From Ylistrum balloti (Eukaryota): a DNA stretch of 64,000 nucleotides. Under the pieces are notes generated by a model. The model worked only from the letters and a program-made list of their open reading frames with translations. It searched no databases and was not told where the DNA came from. The stretch lies in NCBI RefSeq assembly GCF_031769215.1, contig NW_026781956.1, forward strand, positions 310,001-374,000. Direction: 5' to 3'. Shown here in pieces: positions 36,900 through 50,597 of this stretch; within the stretch, counting starts at the first letter, position 1, and each line of letters starts with the position of its first letter. The translations under genes and the position numbers were made by a program.

Positions 36900-38660
36900 T
36901 CTACGTAGATATTTCATGTGTATCAAAAATTACGCTGGTGTTGATGGCATGTCTGCAAAGATTCTTAAACCGGGTTTTAACCTCTCTGTCACTACCTCTC
37001 ACGAAGGTTAATTTCTCTACAGCAGAAAAAAAAAAAAAAAAAAGGAGGACAGGCGTTAGGCCTTAGGTACCAAAATTACTCTATTGGGGCTCATGGAGGA
37101 CTGGCGTTAGGCCTTGGATACCAAATTACTCTACTGTGGTTCCTGGAGGACTGGCTTTAGGCCTTAGGTACCAAAATTACTCTATTGGGGTTCATGGAGG
37201 ACAGGCGTTAGGCCTTAGGTAACAAAATTACTCTACTGTGGTTCCTGGAGGACTGGCGTTAGGCCTTAGGTACCAAAATTACTCTATTGGGGTTCATGGA
37301 GGACAGGCGTTAGGCCTTAGGTACCAAAATTACTCTACTGGGGCTCCTGGAGGACAGGCGTTAGGCCTTAGGTACCAAAATTACTCTACTGGGGCTCCTT
37401 GAGAACTGGCGTTAGGCCTTAGGTACCAAAATTACTCTATTGGGGCTCCTGGAGGACTGGCGTTAGGCCTTGGATACCAAATTACTTTTCTGCGGCTCCT
37501 GGAGGACTGGCGTTAGGCCTTGGGTTACTCTGCTGCAGCTCCTTGGGTATCTAAATTACTCTACTGCGGCTCCTGGAGGACTGGCGTTAGGCCTTGGATA
37601 CCAAATTACTTTTCTGCGGCTCCTGGAGGACTGGCGTTAGGCCTTAGGTACCTAAAGAACTCTATTGGGGCTCATGGAGGACTGGCGTTAGGCATTGGGT
37701 ACCAAATTACTTTTCTGCGGCTCCTGGAGGACTGGCGTTAGGCCTTGGGTATCAAATTACTCTACTGTGGTTCCTGGAGGACTGGCGTTAGGCCTTAGGT
37801 ACCTAAAGAACTCTGCTGCAGCTCCTGGAGAACTGGCGATAGGCTTTGTGTACTAAATTACTCTACTGCGGCTCCTGGAGGACTGGCGTTAGGCCTTGGG
37901 TACCAAATTACTCTACTGGAGCTCCTGGAGGACAGGCGTTAGGCTTTAGGTACCAAAATTACTCTACTGGGGCTCCTTGAGAACTGGCGTTAGGCCTTAG
38001 GTACCAAAATTACTCTATTGGGGCTCATGGAGGACTGGCGTTAGGCCTTGGGTACCAAATTACTCTACTGTGGTTCCTGGAGGACTGGCGTTAGGCCTTA
38101 GGTACCTAAAGAACTCTGCTGCAGCTCCTGGAGAACAGGCGATAGGCTTTGTGTACTAAATTACTCTACTGCAGCTCCTGGAGGACTGGCGTTAGGTCTT
38201 GGTTGCCAAATTACTCTGTTGCGGCTCCTGGAGAACTAGCGATAGGCTTTGTGTACTAAATTACTCTACTGCAGCTCCTGGAGGACTGGTGTTAGGCCTT
38301 GGTTGCCAAATTACTCTGTTGCGGCTCCTGGAGAACTGGCGATAGGCTTTGAAAAAGACATAATGGAACTGTCCTGATGTATCTGTCCAAGGCCATCGTG
38401 AGCCTCCCAATGGACTTTTGCTGAAAAAATTACGAACATATTGCTGAACTAGCCGGCTGTTACATCAGCCACAGACTCAAGCGGAGTTGTCTTGGGCCTA
38501 ATGGCTGGGAGCTGGTGGCAAAATGGTTCCATATTTTGGAATGTCTTCATCAATGATGTTTTTTACTATATTGAAAAAAAATGTCGTTTATGACTATGAC
38601 GATGACAACACCCTTTCTTTCTACAGTAATAACCATGTTAACTTACCAACACATTAGAGA
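36900..38660 (+). mobile_element. Old LINE RT remnant interrupted by a 51-bp array derived from its own sequence
   Basis: AGVDGMSAKILK at about 36934; TLLRLLENWR*ALKK then GTVLMYLSKA at about 38315-38400; WNVFINDVFYYIE and YDDDNTLSF at about 38540-38620. Confidence 0.75.
37044..38350. repeat. 50/51-bp minisatellite derived from LINE RT coding sequence, about 26 copies
   Basis: GGAGGACTGGCGTTAGGCCTTAGGTACCAAAATTACTCTACTGGGGCTCCT; preceded by A18 at 37026-37043. Confidence 0.95.
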
Positions 38661-38764
38661 ATGAAGTCAGAACAGAGACAACGGGATGTGAACAATTAAG
38701 CTTTGATAAGGATATGTGTTAGTTTCATGCTGATATGAAAGAAAAACATTTTAGCACACTTGTC

Positions 38765-38786
38765 ATGAATGCGCTATCGCATTCAT
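38765..38786. other. Perfect 9-bp stem hairpin, probably a small non-autonomous element terminus
   Basis: ATGAATGCG-CTAT-CGCATTCAT, lying between two LINE remnants. Confidence 0.4.
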
Positions 38787-39099
38787 TCATACTCGCACTC
38801 ATTCAGTTTGCAAATTTAGCGTTTGTATATGATTTGGAGTTTTTAAGTAAATTATTTATATGAACAGTTTCTGCAGCGAGCATTCCGCTAGAAAATCATG
38901 AGGGAACACATTCGCCTTTGCTATATGCGTGAAGTGTAATACACTTATGTATATATGGGGATAGGCGCAGAAGAGGACATCTCAGACCTCCTGAGGTGTC
39001 AGTATGCATCAATTAATGAGAGGATCAGTAGCAATTAATCCTTGGAAGAATCTCGGGGGTGGGGGTGTCGTTCTATAATCTTGTTGTACCGGTATATTT

Positions 39100-40560
39100 C
39101 CTGTGCGGTTTGTTGTCAATCGTCATCCAAGCACTTGACTGAAGATACACGGTTTTTTAGACCATAACATTAAACTGTTTTCATAGGAACAGAAATTGTC
39201 GTGGCCATATATACTCGCTTTATAGTGTCGTGAAAAAAACGAATCAACTACAAGATCTTAATACTGTCGTCAGAGACTGCTGTGTAGACTTTTACAGCCT
39301 GGTACAAACAGGAGTAATTTATAATGCTATGTTTGCACTTTACAACGGCGTTACATGTTGTGTACGCGTCGACGATATGCACACTGATCTGATGTCTATG
39401 TCACGTGGGGGTATTCAGCTTCCCCGACGCTTTTGGCAATACACATGTACAATAAAGATTTGATTGCAGAGTTAACTTCCTCATAGCTAGATATTGACAT
39501 GGAAGGTGTCAGTTTGAGTTGTCTTTTTATGCTGACATCGTGCTGTTGACGTCATCAGAGGAAAAAAACTTACTAACCCTTCTGAACATTGCATTGTCTT
39601 GGTGCTCTTACTTGCGACCTTTAATTAACACTGGAAGGTCTGAAACTCTCAGACACAGGATTAAAACCACAACGCAGTACACATTTGATTGCAGTAGACA
39701 TTCTCTAGAACGCACAGACCGCTATAAATATTCAAGTGTCTGGTTTGATGATTACGCTGATATGGACATGGCTATGAAAGAGCTGTGGAGATCTGACAGT
39801 GGAGCCCTTGGACTTATCATTTCCATTTGTTTTCAAAATCGCTGTACCATCAGGGGCCTATCTCAGGGACTGAATAATGTTCAGAAACGAGCAATGAAAG
39901 TGTTTACGGGTTCGACAAAAATTCATCCAATGTTGGCGTTTTTGGAGATATGGGATGGTTATTTCCCCTTATTGAAGAAAGGACTGAAGTTTTTCGTCCG
40001 TACTGTCGCGTTAATTCTAATTCACATTTGCTATAAGCAGATGTATACTTTGTTGAACGCGCGAGAAAGCAGTCCACGTTTCAACCAAGACTTCCAACGG
40101 AGAAGACACATCTGCTTAGTATCGGAACACTTCCAGATATGGTGACTTTTAGATTCCAATGACAGATGCTTGGGGTTCTACCCAAATACGTCTCAACCTC
40201 ATCGTCGGATATTCCAACAATTTGTCGTGCTCTAGCAAAGAACTTCTGGTCCTATGCGGTGAGGGACTGCATTGGTTATGACAGTTTTGAATGAAATTAT
40301 GCAGCGGCCCGCCTAACGTCCTCACTTGTTCGAAATATTTCTCGCAATGAATCGAGAGCTTGCAAAATCTCTAGCGTAATGAACGTACATCTTTGCTGTA
40401 ATACGTTAACTCTACTTCAAGAGTTTAGTTTGGAAGAGATCACTGTGAATAAACCCATGTTAATACAATTGTCTCACTGTGATGAGCGAAACATGATTCT
40501 CCGTAACAGGTTGTTCTCCGCGAAAGCCATTAGTCTCTGGTAAACGAATCTGTTGCCAAC
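39100..40560 (+). mobile_element. Old LINE ORF2 remnant (clade not resolved), heavily decayed
   Basis: IYNAMFALYNGVTCCVRVDD, FYADIVLLTSSEEKNLLTLLN..SWC, YKYSSVWFDD, ALGLIIS, VQKRAMKVFTG; the right boundary is uncertain. Confidence 0.7.
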
Positions 40561-40782
40561 TGAATTCATTCGATGTGGATGTTTTCAGAATTGTATGATA
40601 TCACGGGAGCATAGTCACCAATCCATCCTAACATTAATTACACCGTTCCCAATTCTTGTTAACGTGTTCATCGCTTTCTCTCTACTGTTCACCGCCTTCT
40701 CTCTACTGTTCAACGTCGCCTACAAAACCTCTGTGTCTGACGTTGTTCTTCATTTCTTCAGCCAAAGAAAAAGCCAAAGCAC

Positions 40783-41880
40783 TGACGATATTGTTCTACA
40801 TTGTTGTCAAGGCCTTATACATGATGACATTGTTCTACATTGTTATCAAGGCCTTATACAAGGCTTTATACATGATGTCATTGTTCTACATTGTTGTCAA
40901 GGCCTTATACATGATGACATTGTTCTACATTGTTATCAAGGCTTTATACATTATGTCATTGTTCTACATTGTTGTCAAGGCTTTATACATGATGACATTG
41001 TTCTACATTGTTGTCAATGCCTTATACATGATGTCATTGTTCTACATTGTTGTCAAGGCCTTATACATGATGACATTGTTCTACATTGTTGTCAAGGCCT
41101 TATACATGATGACATTGTTCTACATTGTTATCAAGGCTTTATACATGATGTCATTGTTCTACATTGTTGTCAAGGCTTTATACATGATGACATTGTTCTA
41201 CATTGTTGTCAAGGCCTTATACATGATGACATTGTTCTACATTGTTGTCAAGGCCTTATACATGATGACATTGTTCTACATTGTTATCAAGGCTTTATAC
41301 ATGATGTCATTGTTCTACATTGTTGTCAAGGCTTTATACATGATGACATTGTTCTACATTGTTGTCAATGCCTTATACATGATGTCATTGTTCTACATTG
41401 TTGTCAAGGCCTTATACATGATGACATTGTTCTACATTGTTGTCAAGGCCTTATACATGATGACATTGTTCTACATTGTTATCAAGGCTTTATACATGAT
41501 GTCATTGTTCTACATTGTTGTCAAGGCTTTATACATGATGATGACATTGTTCTACATTGTTGTCAATGCCTTATACATGATGTCATTGTTCTACATTGTT
41601 GTCAAGGCCTTATACATGATGACATTGTTCTACATTGTTGGCAATGTTTTATACATGATGACATTGTTCTACATTGTTGTCAAGGCCTTATACATGATGC
41701 CATTGTTCTACATTGTTGTCAAGGCCTTATACCTGATGCCATTGTTCTACATTGTTGTCAATGCCTTATATATGATGACATATTTCTGCATTGTTGTCAA
41801 GGCTTTGAACATGATGTCATTGTTCTACGTTGTTGTCAATGTCTTATATATGATGACAATGTTCAACATTGTATTTGTTC
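40783..41880. repeat. 39-bp minisatellite, about 28 copies
   Basis: CATGATGACATTGTTCTACATTGTTGTCAAGGCCTTATA. Confidence 0.96.
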
Positions 41881-42902
41881 AATATTGTTACCATTTGATA
41901 ATGTAATATTGTATCATTTTATTATAATCGTTGGCAATTTGTGGTAGAAACAGGTAGACTGCATTTATTCTTTTAAGAAATATTAGATAATGCTGAATGT
42001 GATTAGTATCAGTTTTGTGCCCAGTATGCTAGGTACAACATCTGGTATTGTTGTACCGTGTTTGTGTTAATGTGATTTATCTTAAGGGGAAAGGTAACAA
42101 AAGATATGTCAATTTAAACAAACAAGACTTTAGTTTAAACAACAGTACACAAACAAGCACTTGTAAATGGGTTTGGAAAATAAGCTTTGTGTGTGAAAAT
42201 ATTTCCAATTGACGTCAATGATTTTGTCACTGTGTAATGTACCATGTAACATGTGACAGAAATTCAGAAGCGGGTCTTGTGTGGAGGCGAAGCTGCAAAT
42301 CTCAACAATTCGCATTTGTAATACACGTATTTGTTTTTTTTCGGATACATCGACGTTCTGTTTCATTTGTATAAGAAAGGAGAACATTGTGATATTATAT
42401 TTCTAATGAACATGTACAAGAAAACACAGAATTTTGAAAATCAAATTACGATTTCTATGTATAGTAAAAATCAGATGATTACACGAGTGTCTGTACACGC
42501 CTTTAGTTATCTTTGCCAGCACTGAATTAGTACACAAAATGATAACAATTGCTATTATCTTTAAAAGTACATTGTAATTACGAGTTTGTTATCTGCCATC
42601 AGAAAGCATATATACAAAAATCGTTTGTTATATATTTGGAAACATCTTATTTTATCGGCTTCGATTTCGTTTGCTAACCAAACAATTGCTGCTCCGATGG
42701 AATTTGGAAACTGAAGAACGAGGTTGAATCTGCGAATACAAAACCAACGGACAGCTTCAATAGTAGTTAGTGTCTTACATCTAAAAAACGTAGATGCAAA
42801 ATTTAGAAATTTCCCCGCAGAGTATGAAGTAATAATCCCGAGATAGGGAACCTTATCCCTCAGACTTCATTCGCTTCCTTTTTATTCAAAATTGCACTTG
42901 CT

Positions 42903-45900
42903 ACACTGCTACTTTATGGTGGATTTTGTTGTCTATCAAAACACTGCTACTCCGTGGCGGATTGTGTTGTCTATCAAAACACTGCTACTCCGTGGCGGAT
43001 TGTGTTGTCTATCAAAACACTGCTACTTTATGGTGGATTTTGTTGTCTATCAAAACACTGCTACTCCATGTTGGATTTTGTTGTCTATCAAAACACTGCT
43101 ACTCCGTGGCGGATTGTGTTGTCTATCAAAACACTGCTACTCCGTGGCGGATTGTGTTGTCTATCAAAACACTGCTACTTTATGGTGGATTTTGTTGTCT
43201 ATCAAAACACTGCTACTCCATGGTGGATTTTGTTTTTCTATCAAAACACTGAAATCAAAACACTGCTACTCCGTGGCGGATTGTGTTGTCTATCAAAACA
43301 CTGCTACTTTATGGTGGATTTTGTTGTCTATCAAAACACTGCTACTCCATGGTGGATTTTGTTTTTCTATCAAAACACTGCTACTCCGTGGCGGATTGTG
43401 TTGTCTATCAAAACACTGCTACTCCGTGGCGGATTGTGTTGTCTATCAAAACACTGCTACTCTGTGGTGGATTTTGTTGTCTATCAAAACACTGCTACTT
43501 CGTGGCGGATTGTGTTGTCTATCAAAACACTGCTACTCCGTGGCGGATTGTGTTGTCTATCAAAACACTGCTACTCCGTGGCGGATTGTGTTGTCTATCA
43601 AAACACTGCTACTTTATGGTGGATTTTGTTGTCTATAAAAACACTGCTACTCCGTGGCGGATTGTGTTGTCTATCAAAACACTGCTACTCCATGTTGGAT
43701 TTTGTTGTCTATCAAAACACTGCTACTCCATGGTGGATTTTGTTTTTCTATCAAAACACTGCTACTCCGTGGCGGATTTTGTTGTCTATCAAAACACTGC
43801 TACTCCGTGGTGGATTGTGTTGTCTATCAAAACACTGCTACTTTATGGTGGATTTTGTTGTCTATCAAAACACTGCTACTCCATGGTGGATTTTCTTTTT
43901 CTATCAAAACACTGCTACTCCGTGGCGGATTGTGTTGTCTATCAAAACACTGCTACTCCGTGGCGGATTGTGTTGTCTATCAAAACACTGCTACTCTGTC
44001 TATCAAAACACTGCTACTTGGTTTTGTTGTCTATCAAAACACTGCTACTTTATGGTGGATTTTGTTGTCTATCAAAACACTGCTACTCCGTGGTGGATTG
44101 TGTTGTCTATCAAAACACTGCTACTTTATGGTGGATTTTGTTGTCTATAAAAACACTGCTACTCAAAATCAAAACACTGCTACTTTATGGTGGATTTTGT
44201 TGGCTACTCCGTGGCGGATTGTGTTGTCTATCAAAACACTGCTACTCCATGTTGGATTTTGTTGTCTATCAAAACACTGCTACTCTGTGGTGGATTTTGT
44301 TGTCTATCAAAACACTGCTACTCCATGTTGGATTTTGTTGTCTATCAAAACACTGCTACTCTGTGGTGGATTGTGTTGTCTATCAAAACACTGCTACTCC
44401 GTGGCGGATTGTGTTGTCTATCAAAACACTGCTACTTTATGGTGGATTTTGTTGTCTATCAAAACACTGCTACTCCGGATGTTGGATTTTGTTGTCTATC
44501 AAAACACTGCTACTCCGTGGCGGATTGTGTTGTCTATCAAAACACTGCTACTCCGTGGCGGATTGTGTTGTCTATCAAAACACTGCTACTTTATGGTGGA
44601 TTTTGTTGTCTATCAAAACACTGCTACTCCATGGTGGATTGTGTTTGTTGTTGTCTATCAAAACACTGCTACTCCGTGGCGGATTGTGTTGTCTATCAAA
44701 ACACTGCTACTCCGTGGTGGATTGTGTTGTCTATCAAAACACTGCTACTTTATGGTGGATTTTGTTGTCTATCAAAACACTGCTACTCCGTGGCGGATTG
44801 TGTTGTCTATCAAAACACTGCTACTCCGTGGCGGATTGTGTTGTCTATCAAAACACTGCTACTCTGTGGTGGATTTTGTTGTCTATCAAAACACTGCTAC
44901 TCTGTGGTGGATTTTGTTGTCTATCAAAACACTGCTACTCCGTGGCGGATTGTGTTGTCTATCAAAACACTGCTACTTTATGGTGGATTTTGTTGTCTAT
45001 CAAAACACTGCTACTCCGTGGCGGATTGTGTTGTCTATCAAAACACTGCTACTTTATGGTGGATTTTGTTGTCTATCAAAACACTGCTACTCTGTGGTGG
45101 ATTTTGTTGTCTATCAAAACACTGCTACTCTGTGGTGGATTTTGTTGTCTATCAAAACACTGCTACTCCGTGGCGGATTGTGTTGTCTATCAAAACACTG
45201 CTACTCCATGTTGGATTTTGTTGTCTATCAAAACACTGCTACTCTGTGGTGGATTTTGTTGTCTATCAAAACACTGCTACTCTGTGGTGGATTTTGTTGT
45301 CTATCAAAACACTGCTACTCCATGTTGTCTATCAAAACACTGCTACTCCATGTTGGATTTTGTTGTCTATCAAAACACTGCTACTCTGTGGTGGATTTTG
45401 TTGTCTATCAAAACACTGCTACTTTATGGTGGATTTTGTTGTCTATCAAAACACTGCTACTCCGTGGCGGATTTTGTTGGCTATCAAAACACTGCTACTC
45501 TGTGGCGGTTTTTGTTGTCTATCAAAACACTGCTACCCAGGGTAGATTTTGTTGTCTATCAAAACACTGCTACTTTATGGCGGATTGTGTTGTCTATCAA
45601 AACACTGCTACTCTGTGGTGGATTTTGTTGTCTATCAAAACACTGCTACTTTCTGGTGGATTTTGTTGTCAATCAAAACACTGCTACTCTGTGGTGGATT
45701 TTGTTGTCTATAAAAACACTGCTACTCTGTGGTGGATTTTGTTGTCAATCAAAACACTGCTACTTTATGTTGGATTTGTTGTCTATCAAAACACTGCTAC
45801 TCTGTGGTGGATTTTGTTGTCTATCAAAACACTGCTACTCTGTGGTGGATTTTGTTGTCTATCAAAACACTGCTACTCTGTGGTGGATTTTGTTGTCTAT

Positions 45901-46925
45901 CAAAACACTGCTACTCTATGGTGGATTGTGTTGTCTATCAAAACACTGCTACTCCGGGGCGGATTGTGTTGTCTATCAAAACACTGCTACTCTGTGGTGG
46001 ATTTTGTTGTCAATCAAAACACTGCTACTTTATGGCGGTTTTTGTTGTCTATCAAAACACTGCTACCCAGGGTAGATTTTGTTGTCTATCAAAACACTGC
46101 TACTCCGTGGCGGATTGTGTTGTCTATCAAAACACTGCTACTCCGTGGCGGATTTTGTTGTCTATCAAAACACTGCTACTCCGGGGCGGATTTTGTTGTC
46201 TATCAAAACACTGCTACTCTGTGGTGGATTTTGTTGTCTATCAAAACACTGCTACTTTATGGTGGATTTTGTTGTCTATCAAAACACTGCTACTCCGTGG
46301 CGGATTTTGTTGTCTATCAAAACACTGCTACTCCGTGGCGGATTTTGTTGTCTATAAAAACACTGCTACTCCGTGGCGGATTGTGTTGTCTATCAAAACA
46401 CTGCTACTCCGTGGCGGATTGTGTTGTCTATCAAAACACTGCTACTCTGTGGTGGATTTTGTTGTCTATCAAAACACTGCTACTCCGTGGCGGATTTTGT
46501 TGTCTATCAAAACACTGCTACTTCGTGGCGGATTGTGTTGTCTATCAAAACACTGCTACTCCTCGGCGGATTGTGTTGTCTATCAAAACACTGCTACTCC
46601 GTGGCGGATTTTGTTGTCTATCAAAACACTGCTACTCCGTGGCGGTTTTTGTTGTCTATCAAAACACTGCTACCCATGGTAGATTTTGTTGTCTATCAAA
46701 ACACTGCTAACCCATGATAGATTTTGTTGTCTATCAAAACACTGCTATTCTGTTGTAGATAGTGTGGTCTATCAAAACACTGCTACTCCGTTGTAGATAG
46801 TATGGTCTATCAAAACACTGCTACTTCGTTGTAGATAGTGTGGTCTATCAAAACACTGCTTCTTCGTCGTAGATAGTGTGTTCTACCAAAATACTGCTAC
46901 TCCGTGGCGGATTTTGCTGTCTATC
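42903..46925. repeat. 38-bp minisatellite, about 105 copies
   Basis: CAAAACACTGCTACTCCGTGGCGGATTGTGTTGTCTAT. Confidence 0.97.
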
Positions 46926-47518
46926 AGTAGCCTTTATGAGTTTGGATTAAAAACAAAACAAAAATTAAAAAAAAAAAAACATATAAGGAGCTATGACATA
47001 TTGATATCGGTCGATTCCCGAATATGCCGCACAAACCAAGATTACTATCGACCGAGGACGTTGTGTTCGGTTATTGGGACATAATTAGGGATCCAATCTA
47101 TATGAGATATAATAGCATTTGAAAGTCAAAATATTATGTAAGTCGGAGATTAAAAAATTGTTCATCTACAGTCTGATTTCAAATCGATGGTACATGAATT
47201 AGCTAACGACGTGAGCACACCATTATGTATGTGTTAATACGCTACGGAATTAGTGTAACACATCGAAGCGAAGGTTTCAAAACTCCACCTAAATGAGGCG
47301 TCAACAGCGCAGAATCAGTGACAATCTGATATGTAGGTGTCAACACAGCGAAGTGTCAATACTCAACAATATCGTTGTCAACAAACTGAAGTGTTGTTGT
47401 CAACAATCCTCAATATCGACGTCCAAACTCCAGTCTACAAGTGTAATACTCGGTTCCTTCCATATCAACATCCCCTCCACCTTTGTAAAATCGTGTCATT
47501 CCAACCTCCTGAGTGAAT

Positions 47519-48205
47519 ACTCTGTTACACCTGTGTCTTTACTCCCTCCACCCTTGTCAATGTTCTGTTACACCTGTGTCTTTACTCCCTCCACCCGTGT
47601 CAACGTTCTGTTACACCTTTGTCTATACTCCCTCCACCCGTGTCAATGTTCTGTTACACCTTTGTCTATACTCCCTCCACCCGTGTCAATGTTCTGCTCC
47701 ACCTGTGTCTATACTCCCTCCACCCGTGTCAATGTTCTGTTACACCTGTGTCTATACTCCCTCCACCCGTGTCAATGTTCTGTTACACCTGTGTCTATAC
47801 TCCCTCCACCCGTGTCAATGTTCTGTTACACCTGTGTCTATACTCCCTCCACCCGTGTCAATGTTCTGCTCCACCTGTGTCTATACTCCCTCCACCCGTG
47901 TCAATGTTCTGTTACACCTGTGTCTATACTCCCTCCACCCGTGTCAATGTTCTGTTACACCTGTGTCTATACTCCCTCCACCCGTGTCAATGTTCTGCTC
48001 CACCTGTGTCTATACTCCCTCCACCCGTGTCAATGTTCTGTTACACCTGTGTCTATACTCCCTCCACCCTTGTCAATGTTCTGTTACACCTGTGTCTTTA
48101 CTCCCTCCACCCGTGTCAACGTTCTGTTACACCTGTGTCTATATTCCCTTCACCCGTGTCAACGTTCTGTTACACCTATGTCTATATTCCCTCCACCTGT
48201 TTCTA
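47519..48205. repeat. 43-bp minisatellite, about 16 copies
   Basis: CTCCCTCCACCCGTGTCAATGTTCTGTTACACCTGTGTCTATA. Confidence 0.95.
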
Positions 48206-48506
48206 CTGCCTCAGGTTATATAACCATAATGATGACCTCCCATTGATTCTCTTAATTATGGTTGAAAAGGTCAAAGGTCGGACAGGTGTCGCTTAGGTCT
48301 ACCGATGGGAGACGACCCTTTTGAGATACAAATTTATCCAATTAGATTTATCTCTGCTGTACGGTATCACGATGAATCAGCGTGGGAGCACAATGTGAGC
48401 AGAAAGTTTGATAACATTTCACGGAGCAATCAGCTTCAGTAATGATACAAAATTCTGTTGTCCGACAATGTCATAGTGATCAATGAGGATTAAACATGTA
48501 CCGAGT

Positions 48507-50597
48507 ATCTAGTGTAGCAGAATCAGTAGCTGTTATAGGGACTATATCTAGTGTAGCAGAATCAGTAGCTGTTATAGGGACTATATCTAGTGTAGCGGCA
48601 TCAGTACCTGTTATAGGGCCTATATCTACTGAAGCGGCATCAGTACCTGTTATAGGGACTATATCTAGTGTAGCAGCATCAATACCTGTTATAGGGACTA
48701 TATCTAGTGTAGCAGCATCAATACCTGTTATAGGGACTATATCTAGTGTAGCAGAATCAGTAGCTGTTATAGAGACTATATCTAGTGTAGCAGCATCAAT
48801 ACCTGTTATAGGGACTATATCTAGTGTAGCAGCATCAATACCTGTTATAGGGACTTTATCTAGTGTAGCAGAATCAGTAGCTGTTATAGGGACTATATCT
48901 AGTGTAGCAGAATCAGTAGCTGTTATAGGGACTATATCTAGTGTAGCAGAATCAGTACCTGTTATAGAGACTATATCTAGTGTAGCAGCATCAATACCTG
49001 TTATAGGGACTATATCTAGTGTAGCAGAATCAGTAGCTGTTATAGAGACGATATCTAGTGTAGCGGCATCAGTACCTGTTATAGAGACTATATCTAGTGA
49101 AGCAGCATCAGTACCTGTTGTAGGGACTATATCTAGTGTAGCAGAATCAGTAGCTGTTATAGGGACTATATCTAGTGTAACGGCATCAGTACCTGTTATA
49201 GGGACTATATCTAGTGTAGCAGCATCAGTACCTGTTATAGGGACTATATCTAGTGTAGCGGCATCAGTACCTGTTATAGGGACTATATCTAGTGTAGCGG
49301 CATCAGTACCTGTTATAGGGACTATATCTAGTGTAGCAGAATCAGTACCTGTTATAGAGACTATATCTAGTGTAGCGGCATCAGTACCTGTTATAGGGAC
49401 TATATCTAGTGTAGCAGAATCAGTACCTGTTATAGAGACTATATCTAGTGTAGCGGCATCAGTACCTGTTATAGGGACTATATCTAGTGTAGCAGCATCA
49501 GTACCTGTTATAGGGACTATATCTAGTGTAGCAGAATCAGTACCTGTTATAGAGACTATATCTAGTGTAGCAGCATCAGTACCTGTTATAGGGACTATAT
49601 CTAGTGTAGCAGAATCAGTACCTGTTATAGAGACTATATCTAGTGTAGCGGCATCAGTACCTGTTATAGAGACTATATCTAGTGAAGCAGCATCAGTACC
49701 TGTTGTAGGGACTATATCTAGTGTAGCAGAATCAGTAGCTGTTATAGGGACTATATCTAGTGTAACGGCATCAGTACCTGTTATAGGGACTATATCTAGT
49801 GTAGCAGCATCAGTAGCTGTTATAGGGACTATATCTAGTGTAGCGGCATCAGTACCTGTTATAGGGACTATATCTAGTGTAGCGGCATCAGTACTTGTTA
49901 TAGGGACTATATCTAGTGAAGCGGCATCAGTACTTGTTATAGGGACTATATCTAGTGAAGCGGCATCAGTACCTGTTATAGGGACTATATCTAGTGTAGC
50001 GGCATCAGTACCTGTTATAGGGACTATATCTAGTGTAGCGGCATCAGTACCTGTTATAGGGACTATATCTAGTGAAGCGGCATCAGTACCTGTTATAGGG
50101 ATTATATCTAGTGTAGCGGCATCAGTACCTGTTATAGGGACTATATCTAGTGTAGCGGCATCAGTACCTGTTATAGGGACTATATCTAGTGTAGCAGCAT
50201 CAGTACCTGTTATAGGGACTATATCTAGTGTAGCGGCATCAGTACCTGTTATAGGGCCTATATCTAGTGAAGCAGCATCAGTACCTATTATAGGGACTAT
50301 ATCTAGTGTAGCAGAATCAGTAGCTGTTATAGGGACTATATCTAGTGTAGCAGCATCAATACCTGTTATAGGGACTATATCTAGTGAAGCAGCATCAGTA
50401 CCTGTTATGGGGACTATATCTAGTGTAGCAGAATCAGTAGCTGTTATAGGGACTATATCTAGTGTAGCAGCATCAATACCTGTTATAGGGACTATATCTA
50501 GTGTAGCGGCGTCAGTACCTGTTATAGGGACTATATCTAGTGAAGCAGCATCAGTACCTGTTATAGGGACTATATCTAGTGTAGCAGCATCGGTACC
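48507..50597. repeat. 39-bp minisatellite, about 53 copies, frame-preserving throughout
   Basis: TCTAGTGTAGCAGCATCAGTACCTGTTATAGGGACTATA. Confidence 0.97.
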
